A DNA stretch of 64,000 bases from Setoptus koraiensis (taxonomy: Eukaryota; Animalia; Arthropoda), in assembly GCA_048013815.1 (NCBI GenBank), contig CM106585.1, forward strand, positions 9,982,001 through 10,046,000, read 5' to 3'. Positions within the stretch are counted from its first letter, which is position 1. Every line of letters starts with the position of its first letter. This document shows positions 21,907 through 37,272 of the stretch, in pieces. A program made the translations under genes and the position numbers. The notes below the pieces were generated by a model. That model did not search any database and was not told where the DNA came from. It saw only the letters and a program-made list of their open reading frames with translations.

Positions 21907-24424
21907 TTGCGCTATATGTGCGAGTATGTGTCCGGGTAAATGTGCGCGCACACATGCCGGTGCGTCATTATATCATTGCGTCATTATGTCTTGGCCTCAT
22001 TGGGTCGCCATGCCATTATGTATCGTGGCGGCTCGTGCTGGCCTCGCCGGGCCCGCACTGTTGACGTGGCCACGTTAGCTGCGCGCTGTATGATTTGCAC
22101 GCTGGCCCTCAACTGCGCCAAACTGGCGCAATACCGACATATCGGCACTATTGAGCCAGTTTGGCACACAGGGGCGCCGGCACAGACGATGCCCGGTGTA
22201 TCCAGTTGGCCGGCGTTTGATTTGAGTGGGCTGATTTGTGAGCCGATACAAACTTTTGCGCCAATTGTGTAATGAGTAATGAGTTGTCACTTGTATTGTG
22301 TTTGTCACTGTCATTTGCGTGCGTGCCGGCCACTTTATCCGCCAGTCGTTGGCCGTATTGCTATACGGGGCCCCCGTGCGACAGCCTGGCCAAGCGCTCG
22401 ATGGGGCCAACGGGGCCAAGTGGGGCCCGCGCGTCGCCAGACAGACAAAATTTGGTCACAATGGCGCAGAGATTTGTGTGTGTGTGCGTGTCGCGGGCGG
22501 CTGGCGGCCGGCGGCCGGGCGAGCGCGTGCCTACAACATCAATTTAATAGATTGTTGTTGTCGTCGTTGTTAGGTCAGAGTCAAGAGCCGCTTGCTCGCT
22601 CATTCCTTGCACACCGTCTCAAGCCGCACGGATTGCGCTTAAATGAGCTGACCAACTGTGCCAACTGTGGCGCAGTTGGTCAGCGCAACTGAGCGGCGAT
22701 CAATTGCTGGCTACAGTTGAGGCCGTTGCGACTTTCCGGCAATCCGCTCGGGCTGCAGTTGATTGGCTGCGAGACAAGGACAGTGTGTCTTTTATTTCAC
22801 TCGGTGACACTTTGGGGCCGGCTAATATCCGACAAACACAGCCGCTGAAACGAAACCGGCGACCAGCGACCGGCGACCAGCAAAGTGTGAGTAACGGCGC
22901 CAGTTACGTAAACAAACTCATTTTGTGTTTGCTGGCGCTCGCTGGCGCCCCTCAATATTGATTTAAATGGCGCTGGCGGCGCGCACGCTGCAACCGGCTC
23001 ATCATAATCTAATGGCAGATGGCACCCCATTTAGCTTCTGTTGGCGCTAAGTGAGTGACCAGTAAGTGGACAGCGACACGCAGAGGTCGTGACCAGACTT
23101 GATTGGGGCCCGATATCGGCCGCTGTCGGCCGATATCGCGCGCCGGGCGCGAGCAAACACAGCGCCGAGTATCGCCGAGTGTCGCCCCCATCGCGGGAAA
23201 GCAATATCGAGATTGCGAGCGAGATTGCCGCTGGGCCCGCCATCGCACCATCGCCCCATCGCACCATTGCATCATTGCACCATTGCACCATTGCACCATC
23301 GCACCATCGCACCATCGCACCATCACACTATCGCACTGTCGCGTGGTGCGATAGTGTGATAAAGGGGGGGCCGGCAGCGTCACGAGTGCCATTCAGTGAC
23401 ACTCACAAGTGACTCCGATCGCCCGAGTCCGGTTACCCGAGTGTTTGACTGGGCCACTTTGTTTGCAGTTTGTCGGCCCGTCGCCGCGCAAATGCCGCCC
23501 TCTGCGCCGGTTCCGGCCGCGGCATGCGCCGCGCCAGGCCGGGTTGGTCGGGCCGGGCCGGCGCGCTCTGGAGCCAGTTGGGAGCTGACAGTGATAATGT
23601 ATTTGTATACATGAGTGCATATGTTGAGTGAGTTTACATTCGAGTGTGTGTGTGTGTGTGTGTAATTTTCACCTTTTCACCTATTTGTGGCGCAATCGAC
23701 TTGAACAGGGCAGTAATTGGGGGCGTGTGTGCATTTGTGTGGGAGTTTGTGTCGCGAGTGACGACCAAGAGTGTATTTATGCATGGATATCGTTTGACGT
23801 CGCTTCGTGTGCGCGCGCAAATGAAGCGAATCCATTGGCGTGGTTCTCATGGCTGGCCAACTATGACGCCACAACAGGGCGACAACAGCGCCACAACAGG
23901 GCGACAACAGCGGCGCGACAACAGCAACAACAACGGCGCACCTCGACGACGACACAACAAACAAACAAATGGCCGGTTACGAGGCCAGTTTATTGCTCAT
24001 TGGCCACCGCCAGCGACAACAGCGACAGCTAAAACAGCGACACCGACAACAGCGACACCGACAACAGCGACGGCGACAGCAACGACGGCGACACCGACAA
24101 CAGCGACACCGGCAACAATGTTGACAACGTTTAATTACGTAATGAGCGCTTATCTGTGCGGCTGCGTTGCTCCCATTGAGCGCTGCTCATTGCATATCTT
24201 GCGTGAGCGCTAACGAGCGGATGCCAGCACCAATGACAGACAGACAATTGGACAGATATAAATAAACAGGCTGACAGTGTTGTTGCGAAAGGCAAACAAA
24301 CTCGGGTGGTCTCAATAGGGCCTGCTCAATAGGGATCATGTGAGTGCCGCGAGTGGCGTAATCGCGCTCGGATAATGCCACAATGACAGCCAGATACGAC
24401 ACTGCTCGTCGAGGGAAAACACTT

Positions 24425-24553
24425 GTTGTTCGGTGGTTGTTGTTCGGTGGTTGTTCGGTGGTTGTTGTTCGGTGGTTGTTCGGTGGTTGTTGTTCGGTGG
24501 TTGTTCGGTGGTTGTTCGGTGGTTGTTGTTCGGTGGTTGTTGTTCGGTGGTTG
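24425..24553. repeat. Degenerate (GTTGTTCGGTG)n minisatellite
   Basis: Direct reading. Confidence 0.85.
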
Positions 24554-27500
24554 TTGGCTGTTGGTGTAACACAACAAGCGACGAGGCTGGCGACAATAAC
24601 GCGAATATAATATTGTTTGTGTGCGCGTTTGTTATTTGCCAAGTTTGGCTTGTTTGCCCGTGAGCAAACAAGCCAAACTTGTCATCTATCTGATGATTGC
24701 GCAACAGCCGCAAACCGGCGATCGCGCAACAGCCGCCAACCGACCATTGCGCAACAGTCGCAGCTCGCTGGCTAGACCGGCCGCATCGGCAACCAAACAA
24801 TGATTGTAAATGATAACCAAATAATAACTAAATAACAACAGCTGATTGTGAGCCATAATTGGCTGGCTCGTTTGTGACGCCATGCACGCCATCGATACCC
24901 ACTCAGCGTGCGCACTCGCTATCTGACACCGATGATAACTAGCTAGTTCCGACCTTGCCTATCGCCGATACGACAAGTCGATATAGCAAGCCGATGCGTC
25001 GGGCCGATGCGACAAGCCGCTGAAACGGGCCGATACAACGGGCCGATATAACAAGCGGGCTCGTCGGATCGACTCGCCATATCGACGATACATGGCGAGC
25101 GTACATGGCGAGCGTATTTGGCGAGCGTATTTGGCCAGTATGCATGCAGTGTCTGGCTGGCTAGCGTGGGCTCGTTAGCCGGTATCACTATCAGCGGACT
25201 GTTTGTTGCGAGATTGCGCAACAAACACTTGCCTTGTTGCTAGTGAATCGAGCTGTCAATCATTGGTGGTGCAACTGACAGCCAGCAGCCAACTGCACAT
25301 GACAACAACAGCGACAACAACGACGGCAACAACAACGACAACACCAGCAACAACAGCAACAACAATGGCAACAACCACTATCCGCCTAACGCTCACATTA
25401 GAAGCCATTATAGGCGCCCAGTTGCCAGTGCCAACCGACGAGCTTGCCATCGAACAGTCGAACAGTGGAACAGTCGACGATCATTTCCACGACATACAAA
25501 CAAAACACACACACACGCACGCACCTTTGACCTCTGACAATTGCCCGATAGGCACAGTCGCTCGGATAGCCGGCCGACACAGTGAACAGAGTTGATATAA
25601 ACGATCGGATATAAACAGTCGGATATAAACAGTCGGATATGAACAGTTGCCCACTGTGCCAACTGACAAATGCCACTGTGGGCCGCACAGTGCACAGCAC
25701 ACAAACTGAAATTGACTGCACAGTGCCTATAATCGACTGCTGCCTACGCAACACACAGCGGCCCATGTAATGCGGCCCATGTAATACCGACCATGTAATA
25801 CGGCCTACGTAATACCGACCATGTGATACGGCCTACGTAATACGGCCTACACGTGGTACGGCCCACCTAATACGGCCTATGCAATGCGGCCTGTGCAACG
25901 TAGGTAACTCAAGTGACATTTGTGCCAGCAGCCAGGCCAGCCTGGCTAGACCATTATTAGTCGCTAGTGTCCACATAGCCTATAATGGCACCAAGACGGC
26001 CTATCTATTGTGTCAGAGGGCCATTACTGCAGCCGACTGAATACTAACACTGATAAAACTAATAACTAGCGGCCTATAACTAGCTCGAGTTAGCTCCGTT
26101 GGGCCACTGCCAGCTTGTTGGTGACACGCTTTAGGCCGCTTCAGTGTCGCTTTAGTGTCGCTTTAGTGTCGCTGCAGTGACAGTGCGCCCACAAAGCGCC
26201 TATAAGGGCAGTTGTCGGGCCGGCTAGGCCGACCACTGAGCGCTGGGCGAGCCGGCCAGGCCGGCCAGCAAGCGGACAAGTGCACCAGAGCGAAACCAAA
26301 GCGCACCAACCAAAGCGGACTAGCGAGCGGACTAGCGCGAACCAGAGCGAACTGTTCTAGTGGGGCGGACTAACGCGGGCTAGAGCGGACTAGTGGGGCG
26401 GCAATATCCGCCAGTGGCAACCACTGGCCATTGGACACGCCGAGCTTAGCGGCGTCTGAGATAGGCGAGCATATTAGCGAGTCGTGTGACACTTGATAGG
26501 CTTAATTGTTTGGCCTGGCCGTCGAGAGAGGGCCTGTTGGCCATTGAGAGCGGCCAAAACGGCGAGCCGGCCCCGGGTGCGGCAAACATTTGGAATGTTT
26601 ATGAAGCCATTAATAATGTCATCATAGATTAGCTTTGCTCAGTTGTTGCCGTTGTCGTTGTTGTTGCTGCTGTCGTTGTTGTTGCTGTTGTCGTTGTTGT
26701 TGTTGCTGTCGTTGTTGTTGCTGCTGTCGTTGCTGTTGTTGTTTGTGTAGCGAGCGGAGGCGATTAAATCGTCGTCGTCGTCGTCGTCGTTGTTGCTGTC
26801 GCTCTCAATGGGCTCTCGTCCGGCGTGTCCGACACACTGGACACACGACATTAGCGGGCCCTCGCGAAGCCCGCTAGTTAATAGAATGGAGCGAGCGGAG
26901 AAAAAACATTGAGAGAATAATGGCGCTTGCTTCTTTATGACATAATGAGCTTTTGATGCAGAGATAGTATCAGTGTGCTGCGGCACAGTCGGCACACTGG
27001 CAGCCATTGGCACAGATTGGCCAATTGGATTAGCAGTGGCGCTTCGATTGGGGCCAAAAGCCGATCGCCGGCACCAGCCATCTAATGATAATAACAATAA
27101 TAACAATAATAATGGCCGATTTGGCGCCAGCGTCGCCTTCGAGCCGCCAGTTGGCGCAAGTTGCAGCAAACTGCCGGCTGGCCACGGCGGGCCCATATCT
27201 GCTGTTATTGCCCGATATTGGCCAGTCGATATCGGCACTAACCGGCGGCCCCTCGTTCGGATATTCACAGAGACACACCAGGCCAGCGAAGCCATACAAG
27301 CTGCCATACAAACTGCACACGATAGGACAGGCCCGCGGCGGACAAAGATCGCGCCAGATCAACATTGTTCGCGACGGCCGCTAGAGTCGCCGGTGCGACT
27401 AGATGCACCCGCTGGCTAGACTGGGGCCAGAGTGGGGCCCAATCACTGGTCGAAAAGGGGCCGCGCGTCGGCTTAAAACGAACGGCACTTGTTGTGATGA

Positions 27501-29911
27501 CGCAAGCTGACGCTCGCCGGCGCCAGTGACATGTCGGCCGGCAGTCATAATGGACATTATTGGCGGCAATGTAATCTAGTCAGCTCCGCGTCGTTATATC
27601 TCCATGTTTATCCCGGCCGGAATGGCGTGTCCGACAGAATGGGTGGCCGACAGAATGGCACTGTGCGCGCCGAGCCCATTAAGTGATCATCAATAAGCTT
27701 TGTTTGTTTGTTTGCGGGCCGGGGCGCCACTTTAACCTTTATCATTTTGCATCCGTCGCGCTATCCGCAACGCCCGATGTATCCGCCTCATATACCCGAC
27801 GCATATATCCGATGCATTTGTCTGATACGCCCGATATATCCGAGCCATAATGCGCGGCCGGTCTGGCGCTGTCCGCTGGCCGCTTGTGTCACACTTGTCT
27901 CGCCGCTATTCAGCTGTTTCGGCCAACGCGCTGCAGTTATCGCAATTTGGCCAATTGCGCTATTTCCAGCGGGGCCCCCCGATTCGATCTCACGGCGGGC
28001 CCCACTGCCGAACTGGCGGCCCCTTCGGCGCATCGGCCGCCGATCGCGCCGAGCAACCGATGGAAACTGCGACTGTTGGCACAGTGAGCATAAGTGAGTA
28101 TATCAGCTAGATACTTGTGCCGCCTATTCACTGTTGTTGCGCAATTTGCACACACTGTGCTCACCCTCAAGCGGGCCATATATGCGGCGTGTGCGATATG
28201 GCGCTTGAATCATTTCGAAGCCCATCTCGGCCCCACGACAACCGGCCCAATGATGATGTAACCCGAAACTATCTACAAGACCATTAGTGGCAGCTGTGCC
28301 AACGAAGCAAACACTTGCCGGCCACTAGCACCTAGCATGGTAAGCGTCGTCACTAGTGCAGTGTGGCCAGCGCTGGCCGGCAAAATTGACTCCGTCGGCT
28401 CGGTTGGGCGCCAGACAAAGAGGGCGCCACCGGGCGTCGCTCAAGCAACTTGCACTGCGGATGGCAACTTGAGCGGCCATTCCGAGAAGTCGGGGCCCCA
28501 TTCATTCAGCTGTGCGTCGGCTGTCCATTGTCGGCCATCCAATCATGGCTCGCTGTGCCAGAGCGGCGATTGTGTGCCGATTTATCAATTAATTGATTGC
28601 TGGCCAAACAAACAAAGTTGATTAATCGAGCTGTTTATGCACGCTAATGAATGGCCACTTCTGAGAATCATCGCCATGACAACTGTGGCACAGCTCGCAC
28701 AGTGGTCACTCTTTCCACAGCTTGTTCGCTCTCGACTGCCCCTCCGAATATCCGCACAATATCCGCACAGTATCCGCAACTTGCGCACTACAAGTGGCAC
28801 CATTTTTTGCGTCGCCGGACAGTGCCACCGTATCGGGGGATATATTTTGACAGCACGCTTGTCGCGCTGGCCGACGTTCGCGGAATCGGCATTGGCAAAA
28901 ATGAGCAGTGAGCAGTTTGTGCAAATCGGCAGCTTGTGCCAATCAATCGCAATCGCGACGGGTCAATCGGGCTCGCGCGGCCGGCCCGAGCGGCCCGAGC
29001 AGTTGAGCCAATTTGAATAATTGATTGTTGTGCCGGCGATGACTCAATTCTGCGAATCAGTCAGCTCCGCGAATTGGCCAACACTGCGAATTAGTCAACT
29101 CTGCGAATTAGTCAATGTTGTGCCCCAACAGCCCGGCAGCTAGATATGGATGGATTGTGTGACAGTGTAATGTTCAATAATTTGGCCGGGCCGTGTTTGT
29201 CGCAACACTTTGTCGCGTTCGAAATTGGCCCGGCACAGATTGAATGTCGGCCAGTGTTGGGCGCAAGCGTTCGGCCAATTGTTTGCGCGGAGCGGTCAGC
29301 GGGCCACTTCCCGCGTGGCCGTCACGAGATTGTCGCCGTGCGCTGGCCTCTGTGGGTGATTAATGATGGATTTTTCAATTGATTGTATTACATCCAACGG
29401 CCAACGGCCATAGGATCCAGTGGCCAGCAGCGGGCCTTCTGCTCTGGCGCCAACTGCGGCCACTGGTTATCTATTTGCTGGCCGGCTCCGTGCCCACATA
29501 CCCAAGTACACATATCCAAATACGCATATCCAAATACACATATCCATACACATATCCCTACACATATCCGCGTATGCGAGCAAACACCGTGCGAGCAGCA
29601 GTTTGCACAAAAGCTTGATCTCTCAATTACATTGTTTGTTTGTTGGCACAGAGCGCGCGTGAGATATTGATACTGGCTGACAAGAGAGAGAGAGAGGGCG
29701 ACTTTTATTTAATTCTGTCCCACCGTCGAACGGCGCTATCTATTGGGCCCACAGCGACTCTTGTCGCACCTAATCTAATCATGATAAATTTCTGGATTAT
29801 CACTGCACAATCAATCAGCAGCGCCGGCCCGATGAAGCAACAATTAATCGCCTGAAATTGCCCATTGATTCTTGCGCGCCGCTCGGGCCCCTGCGACCCG
29901 CGCCAACCGGC

Positions 29912-30006
29912 CGGCCCGGTTTGAGTGAGTCGGCCCGGTTTGAGTGAGTCGGCCCGGTTTGAGTGAGCCGGCCCGATTTGAGCGAGCCGGCCCGATTTGA
30001 GTGAGC
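29912..30006. repeat. 19-bp minisatellite CGGCCCGGTTTGAGTGAGT x5
   Basis: Five copies; variants cluster in the 3' copies. Confidence 0.9.
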
Positions 30007-32041
30007 CGGCCGGCCGGCTAATGGGCAGCGCGACCAGATTAGAGGGATAATCCACTTAATGACGGCCCTCCAAGCCGCCCGGCGATCGGCGATGGCCCCG
30101 TTGGCCCCATTGGCCCCCTTGGCCCCAATCTGGACACACTGGCGGCGGGCACGCCAGCCGGGCCAGCCGTCGGTGCCGACCCGACGCAGATTTGGCGTGC
30201 ATGTCGCCACTTGCCCGCGGCACCGGCTTGCCGGGTCCCGGCAGCGAATGCCATCGCGCCGCTATCTAACGTCATCAGCATGTTTGTGCGAGTGCAAGTG
30301 ACAGTACAAAGTTGCCACAGTTGCAGTTTACGCATCATTAATAAGGTTTCCCCCGGCCCCTTTTATGCGGCGGATCGGGTCGCTTTCGCTTGTTCGGGCC
30401 GCTTCCTTCGGGCGCCCTGTGGCCACTTGCGGGCGCAACTCTCAACTGGGCATCGTGATTGTTTTTTCAGCCTCGCTTTGTGCCAGCCAGTGTCTGTTAG
30501 ATAAACTGTTGGCAATTTGCGGACATTGGTCAGCGTGCCGGTGGAACTGGCGCTGAAACAACGCACGACGCACAGCAACCGACATCAACTGTGCGCAAAG
30601 TGGCACAGTTGTCGGTGCCGATGTCACATTAGTAATGCGTGTGTGACATTACTAATGTGACATTACTGATGTGACACGCACACGCACGCACGCCAGGCCC
30701 AAATGAGAGCAAAACAAACAAACGCACTACACTAATCATAATTCTTGCTTCCTTGGCGCTGCCCGTTGTTGCAAGTTTCAACAACGGGCCGCGCAGTGGC
30801 ACAGCCGCTGACGCGCACAGCCACCGTGCGCGTGATTGCGGGGCCAAAGCGGACAAATCGCGCAAATCAGACAAATCGCGCGCCGACCCGACGAACGAGA
30901 CGCCAGAGACAAGCAATTGAGATATCATCGTCAGCGAAATTTGAGGGCCGTTTGAGGCCACAGACCCAGAGACGAAGGGCGCCGATCGTCGCCGGTTGAC
31001 ACACACTGAGATTAGGCGGCTGTTTGTTGTCGAAGGCACAGTTAATTCGAACGCTGCGTCGCGAGTTCGAACGTGTGTTCGAAATTCGAACGAGCGACGC
31101 TGGCAGGGATAAAAAGAGCGAACGGACGCGTTGGCAGCGCTGAATACAGTGCATTTAGTGTGTGAGCAAATAGTCTGAGATCGTCATGGATACACGCAAA
31201 AGAACACACAAACAAACAGAGTGTGACACGGATTCGATCGATTATCTCTCTGTGTGTGTGTCTCTGGTTCTATTGTGCTCTCAATCAATCGGCTTTGTCA
31301 GTGCGTTTGTCGCGTTGGGCGCAAAATGTCACACCGGCCAGTTGGACGCTTTAACAGGGTTTTGTGTGTTGCATTGGCCAGTCGCATGTTCCGCGGGCCG
31401 CTCGCATGCCGCTGCCCTAGGTGATCAGTCAGTGCGGATAAGCCGCCGGGCCGGACAGCGCCGACAAACCCGATTAAGACATCATCACCTATCGCCGGCG
31501 CTGGCCACCAGGGCACTGTTGCTCGCGCCGTGAGCTCGGCGACTTGGCCGGCTCTCGCGACTCGGCCGGCTCATGCGACTCGGCCGGCCCATGCGAGTGA
31601 GTGGCCAGCCATGCGGCCCGCATGATGCAGGCGCTCGAGTCGCCCTCTCGCAGTTCGACATTCTCGGGACGGTCGCTTCGAAACTGGCAGTTCGACGTTG
31701 GCAGTTCGGCGTTCGCAGTTCGGCGTTCGCAGTTGGGCGTTCGCAGTTCGACGTTCGCAGTTCGACATTCGCAGTTCGCAGTTCGCAGCCGCGAATCGTC
31801 GGCTCGAATCGAACCGAGAAGCGCCGCCGGTCGGCGGGCCAGTTCCGAGTTCGGAGGAGTGCGCAACAGCGCCGTTTGTCACTCGGCCCGGCCCGATTGC
31901 GCATGTGCGACGGGCCGCTCAATGAATTATTTAGAGATGATATAGCATTACTGACACTGCAAACACACACACACACACAGACAGTATCTCACGCACACAC
32001 TCACCGTGTTTGTTGTGCGTGTGTCATCTCTGGCGCTATCG

Positions 32042-32080
<39 letters not shown>

Positions 32081-34415
32081 GTGTGTCGGTGTTTGTGCGC
32101 AAAATCACAACTCTATATCAGTTTGGTGGCGCAATGATCATTGCGCATCGTTTGCTGTCGCTATCAGTTATCATATCTATCGAATCAGATAATTGAGCAC
32201 ACTTGCCGCTGCACTAGTTTTGTCGCACCAACTGTCGATTGTTGTCGACCTATAAATGATGATCGCAACAACAGTCAGTGTGTTTGTTCACCATTCACAA
32301 GTGTGATCGTGGTTAGGTCGATATATAGGCGTAACAGCGGCTCATTTAGGCCAATTGTCAATTGTCGTTTCAAGCCGACACCGTCGACAAGACAAGATAA
32401 GACAAGACACACAGACAACAAACGCGAATCACAAGCAAAAACACAAATCAATGTGAACCAACAGCAGCAAGCTAACTAATGCGCAAGAACAAATAATTGC
32501 ATCGGCAGATATCATTTGCACATCAGCATCAGTCAAATCAGAGTAAATCAAATCGACTTAAATCACAATAAATCGAGTTAAATTACATCAAATCAACACA
32601 ATCAAGTTGTGTCATCACATTACAATATAACAGGCGAATAATTAATTCAATTCATTGATTGCGTCACAAGTGCAACTACAACAATTAACCAGTGAAATTT
32701 GTGAATCAATAATCAATTGCAAATTGTCAAGACGCTCGACATGCCCACCAAATCGGGCTAGGCAAACAATCGCCACACAGCGACCATTCGACCAGCAGGT
32801 GAGTGTGTCATCCGTTTATCCACCGTTTATCCCCCGTAGCCTGCGTTTATGCTCCGTATCGAGCCGCATATCAGTCGTATATCCTCCGTATATCGTCCGT
32901 GCATAAGCAGAGTGTCAGCCGTGTACAATATCAAGTGGCATCAGACCGATTGAGAGCGATTGATCCAGTGATAGATGGCATCGTTGTAATTATCATTGTG
33001 TGACTTGTGTATCTAGCGAATCTCATTAGGGCAACATGCGCATGGCGTTATTAAAAGGCCATGATGAATGGCTCGTTTCGATGACGGCCTGTGATTTATT
33101 AGTTGGCACAAACTAGCACAAACCAACACAATTTGATGCAAACTGATGCGAACTGATGCAAACTGATGCAAACTGATGCAAACCAACACAAACTAATCTG
33201 CTAAAAACGCATGTCTGCTGCACTGGACCCAATGAGCCCAGCGCGATTATCATGCCATCATGCGAGACACACTCGGCTGAATCTCGGCTGAATCTCGGCG
33301 TAAGATTTATTTGTTTATCCGTACACATGCCAGATATAAATAGATATGAATGAATATCGAGCCGGTTTCGTCGTGGTGGCACTAAAACGAGCCGGTTCCA
33401 GTTGACTAATTGGGCCGCTTGTGTGGCCACTCCGGCATGTCCGGTGATATCTGTTGGTTGAATGAATTCGTTGAATGCGCTCACAAGTCAGCGTGAACTT
33501 TGCCCTCTGACATGATGATATTATAGTGATATTAGCGTGATATTAGAGTGATTGTTTCAATTGGCAATTCCAATTGCCAATTGAAACACACTGCCAGCAA
33601 TAACTGCCAGCCAAAAACAATTGGTAACAATACAGGCGCAATCATCATTAGCAATTAATACATATGCCACTTGTTGTTGTTGATGGGCAACGTTTTGGCA
33701 TGATTGATTGCCATTCCGATCGGTTTGTTGTCGGTTGTCGGTGGTCGGTCGACGGTTGTTGGAATACTCGTTTCGATAGTCGAAAATTAACACCGCCAAC
33801 CGACCATTTAGCATGAGCTTCGCATGAGTCGTATACGCGTATGGTAATACTAAACAAATCCAGTGCGATCAGCGTGCCAGCAACGCCTCGAGCGCCAACA
33901 TAATCACACAAATAGCCATTGAACCATATGATAAAATATGATAAAATATGATAAAATACGATAAAATACGATGAAATGAAACATCTTATTTTGTTTCATT
34001 TTTAGCTGCCTTCTCGTCGACCTCGTCCAGCTCATCATGGTATCTCATGGCGCTGCAGTGTCACGCCGCTCGGCTCTTGTTTCGTCTCATTTGTTGCTGG
34101 CATTATGGCCATTATGGCCACTATGGCCGCTGTTTGTGTTTGTTTGTCGAGCCAGACGCGGCCAAAAGATCAATCTTGCAGCAGACAATTATGCAAAACA
34201 ACAAAACTCATCATTGTGTAATACGCACATATCATGCTCACCTCGGGCCATTTGTTGAGCGCGCCCAAGACCAGACGGCGCCACCGTCTCAATTTTTATT
34301 CACACAAAAACTGTACTGACTCACTACTGGTGACTCAATCATCTACCCCCATTATATTGTCGCCATTTCGGCGCCAGGTGGAGCCACCGCCACTGTCCAT
34401 CTTGACAACAAGACC

Positions 34416-34526
34416 ATGACGACGTGAATATGACGACGTGAATATGACGACGTGAATATGACGACGTGAATATGACGACGTGAATATGACAACGTGAATA
34501 TGACAACGTGAATATGACAATGTAAT
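34416..34526. repeat. 14-bp minisatellite ATGACGACGTGAAT x7-8
   Basis: Seven full copies plus a partial one; a G>A variant in the last copies. Confidence 0.9.
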
Positions 34527-37224
34527 TTGAGGCCCGTAGATGACAGAAAAGAAACAACTCGAAGCCAAGTATTGAAACGAAAACAGTTTATGCGGGCACC
34601 ATATTGCACGTCTCAGTTCGCTCAAAACCGAACCGATATCTCATTCGAACACATGAGCAAACTATCTCCGCGACAACTTGTGAGAGAGACTCGCCGGACG
34701 ATCGTCGGGCCGGCTGAACGATCCGCAACAAGTTTGTGAGTGAGCGAGAAAAATGCTCGATTTTGCGTCATTTGTAAATGCTCGATTTTGCATCATTTGT
34801 GGCCGACAACAACTTGTGAGACAGTTTGTCGCTGAGAATGGTCTCGATCGCCATTTGCATTTGTCGCCGTAGGTCAGATGGAAACGGGCAAGTGAGCATG
34901 AGCCACAAAAACGCTCACCCACAATGGGATCCCCAAATGCCATTAGACCGCTATCGTATTACACACTCGATTTACCTGTCCGACAAACAGCCTACAAACA
35001 GATTGTTGGCTGCATTGTTGCGCTCTATTGTTGTTGGCGTACGATCGAGATAATTCGTTGCTCGGGGCGACACAATTCGAGCATCACGACAGTGTCGTTG
35101 TTTGTGTTGTCCGCGCCAACTGGCCAACGTCTCAATCTGGCCAAATTACATACGTTGGCCATTTGTGTGTGAAGCGCCGCAATGAGACCGCGCTGTCATC
35201 GAAAGCGACTCACATTTGTGGCCAGAAATTGTTCGAAGCGCAGATCTTGTCGGCACGACTCACCAACAAGCTCTGTCGCCCTGTTTCGTGGCCTATCAAC
35301 GATTGCAACAAGTCTGTGACGGCTCAATAATCGCAACAATGCGCCCTATCGGTTGATAACTTTATTCACAAGTGATCACCGATATTCGTTGAGCCACAAT
35401 TGCAGCCACAATGATCCATATCCGGCCATCGGTTGACCTAATCATCGGCTTGACCGCTCAATTGGTCGGCCGCGAGCTGGCGCTGTATAATTATTAACAA
35501 ATGTGTGATTGGCCAACGAATTGCTGGCTTTGCAGTAGATGGCGACACTGTACTGGTTGTGAGGATGTTGTCTCACAGTACCAAAATGCGAGTTTTACTT
35601 TTAATACATACACAATAATGCATACATATGAGACCGATATTGTCCAAAATGGGAGCCTCTTCTTTTTTGTGTGTCCACTAGAGAGAAAAAAGAAGTGCCT
35701 GATTGTGAATGGACTCGTTGGTTGTCATATCAGCCCCACAATGATGCAATATGTATAAGCAATATTGCGAGCATCTTTCAAGAGAGAGTCACCTGTTGCG
35801 CACAACACAACACAATAATGATTTATTACGCAATGTGTGCTACGCAACAAACAACTACTACTCGTCGTATAGTTATGTAACACACAGCGAAACCATTGAA
35901 AGCAAAGCCTCGTTTGCATGCAGTTGGCCAGTTGCGCCATGAGTGTGTGCTCAATTATCTGCGATTAAATAGCGATTTAATTAGCGACAACAGACCATGT
36001 TAATTGACCGACTGTATGATATGGTCGTATCAATTGCTTGCTCGCTCGCTGGATGACGCAACCAGATGAGATTTTGCGCCGATCTGATCTTGTGAGCGAG
36101 CGTAATTGTAATTTAACATTACATAATTACACAGATATCAACATAGCCAGAGCTGACAATGATAACAGAGATTCGTGAAAGTGATCAACACTGCGATCAT
36201 TGACAGGAACAAGCAATGTAATGCAATGTATTTTCATGCAAGCTCTCGAGCGCAAAGATGCGATGCTCCCCTTCAATCCGATCAGCAGACTGTTATTTGC
36301 TACTATTGTTTGTTAGTTTGTTTGTCATGCGATTGCACAAAAGCGACAAAAAGCAGCAATTGTCGCCAGAAAACACAGCAAGTGCCAATGCTGTTACGTA
36401 ATGTGCATTGCGTAATATGTGTTTTGCGCAACATTTCTGTCGCGTTACGTGCTTGGCTTGCCGGAGATTGATGCGGGCTCGAGCTGTCGATGAGGCCTCT
36501 AACAATTGCAAGCAACATAAAACTGCGCCTGTATAAAGGCCAGTTGCGCAATAAGTGTGTGTGTCGAATTAACTGGCGATTGACTGGCAACAACAAGCTG
36601 TTGTTGGCATCACGGCGACACGGTGATGCCAACAACAGCTGACGCGGTTGCGTAACAACTGGCGGCCGGACGCGCGCACTTGATTCAGTATGTTCCTTTA
36701 TTGTGGAGCCATTTATTTGGCCATTGGACGTTTGCAGGCGACAGCAAACAAAGCAACAAAGCATTTAATATCTTGTCGTTTGTTGCGCAACGTTTGCGAT
36801 GCCCAGCTAGTGTTAGCGACGATGTGCTTTGCGCTGACCATCAGCAGCAGGTGATCTGTCTGTGGGATGAGCCAACTTTCTTTCGGTGGACAGCCGCTGA
36901 CAAAGAGAGTCTTTTACGTTGGTCTCAAACTGGATCGAGTTTCTGGAGAAAGTTTGGCTCTTTGTTGTTTGTTGTCGGACTTTAGACAAGGCGACGCAAT
37001 GCGACGCGACGCGACGCGATCGCATCAATTCAATTTTTCTCTTCCTCAGCCAGACTCTCTAATCCAATTGGAACACACTCAAACGGCCGGCCGGCCAATC
37101 ACTTTTCAATTGTTCAAGCGGCCCATTCAAGCGGCCGCTCAATGGACCCAATGAATGCAGTCGATGAAGTCAATCAACCCGTGATGCCAATCGACGATGA
37201 ACGTTGCACCACAAGAAACAAATG

Positions 37225-37272
37225 ACGACACGACGATGATGCAACAAAAGTGTTGCATCATCGTCGTGTCGT
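37225..37272. repeat. Perfect 22-bp inverted repeat with a 4-nt loop
   Basis: ACGACACGACGATGATGCAACA-AAAG-TGTTGCATCATCGTCGTGTCGT. Confidence 0.9.

Noticed and set aside
31045-31095. Clustered TTCGAA as a heat-shock element
   Set aside because: The spacing does not fit inverted nGAAn pentamers (GAAnnTTC required).
35681-35800. DCEWTRW segment resembling a TSP1/WxxW repeat after a strong acceptor
   Set aside because: The rest of the domain pattern is missing and no partner exons were found; likely chance.
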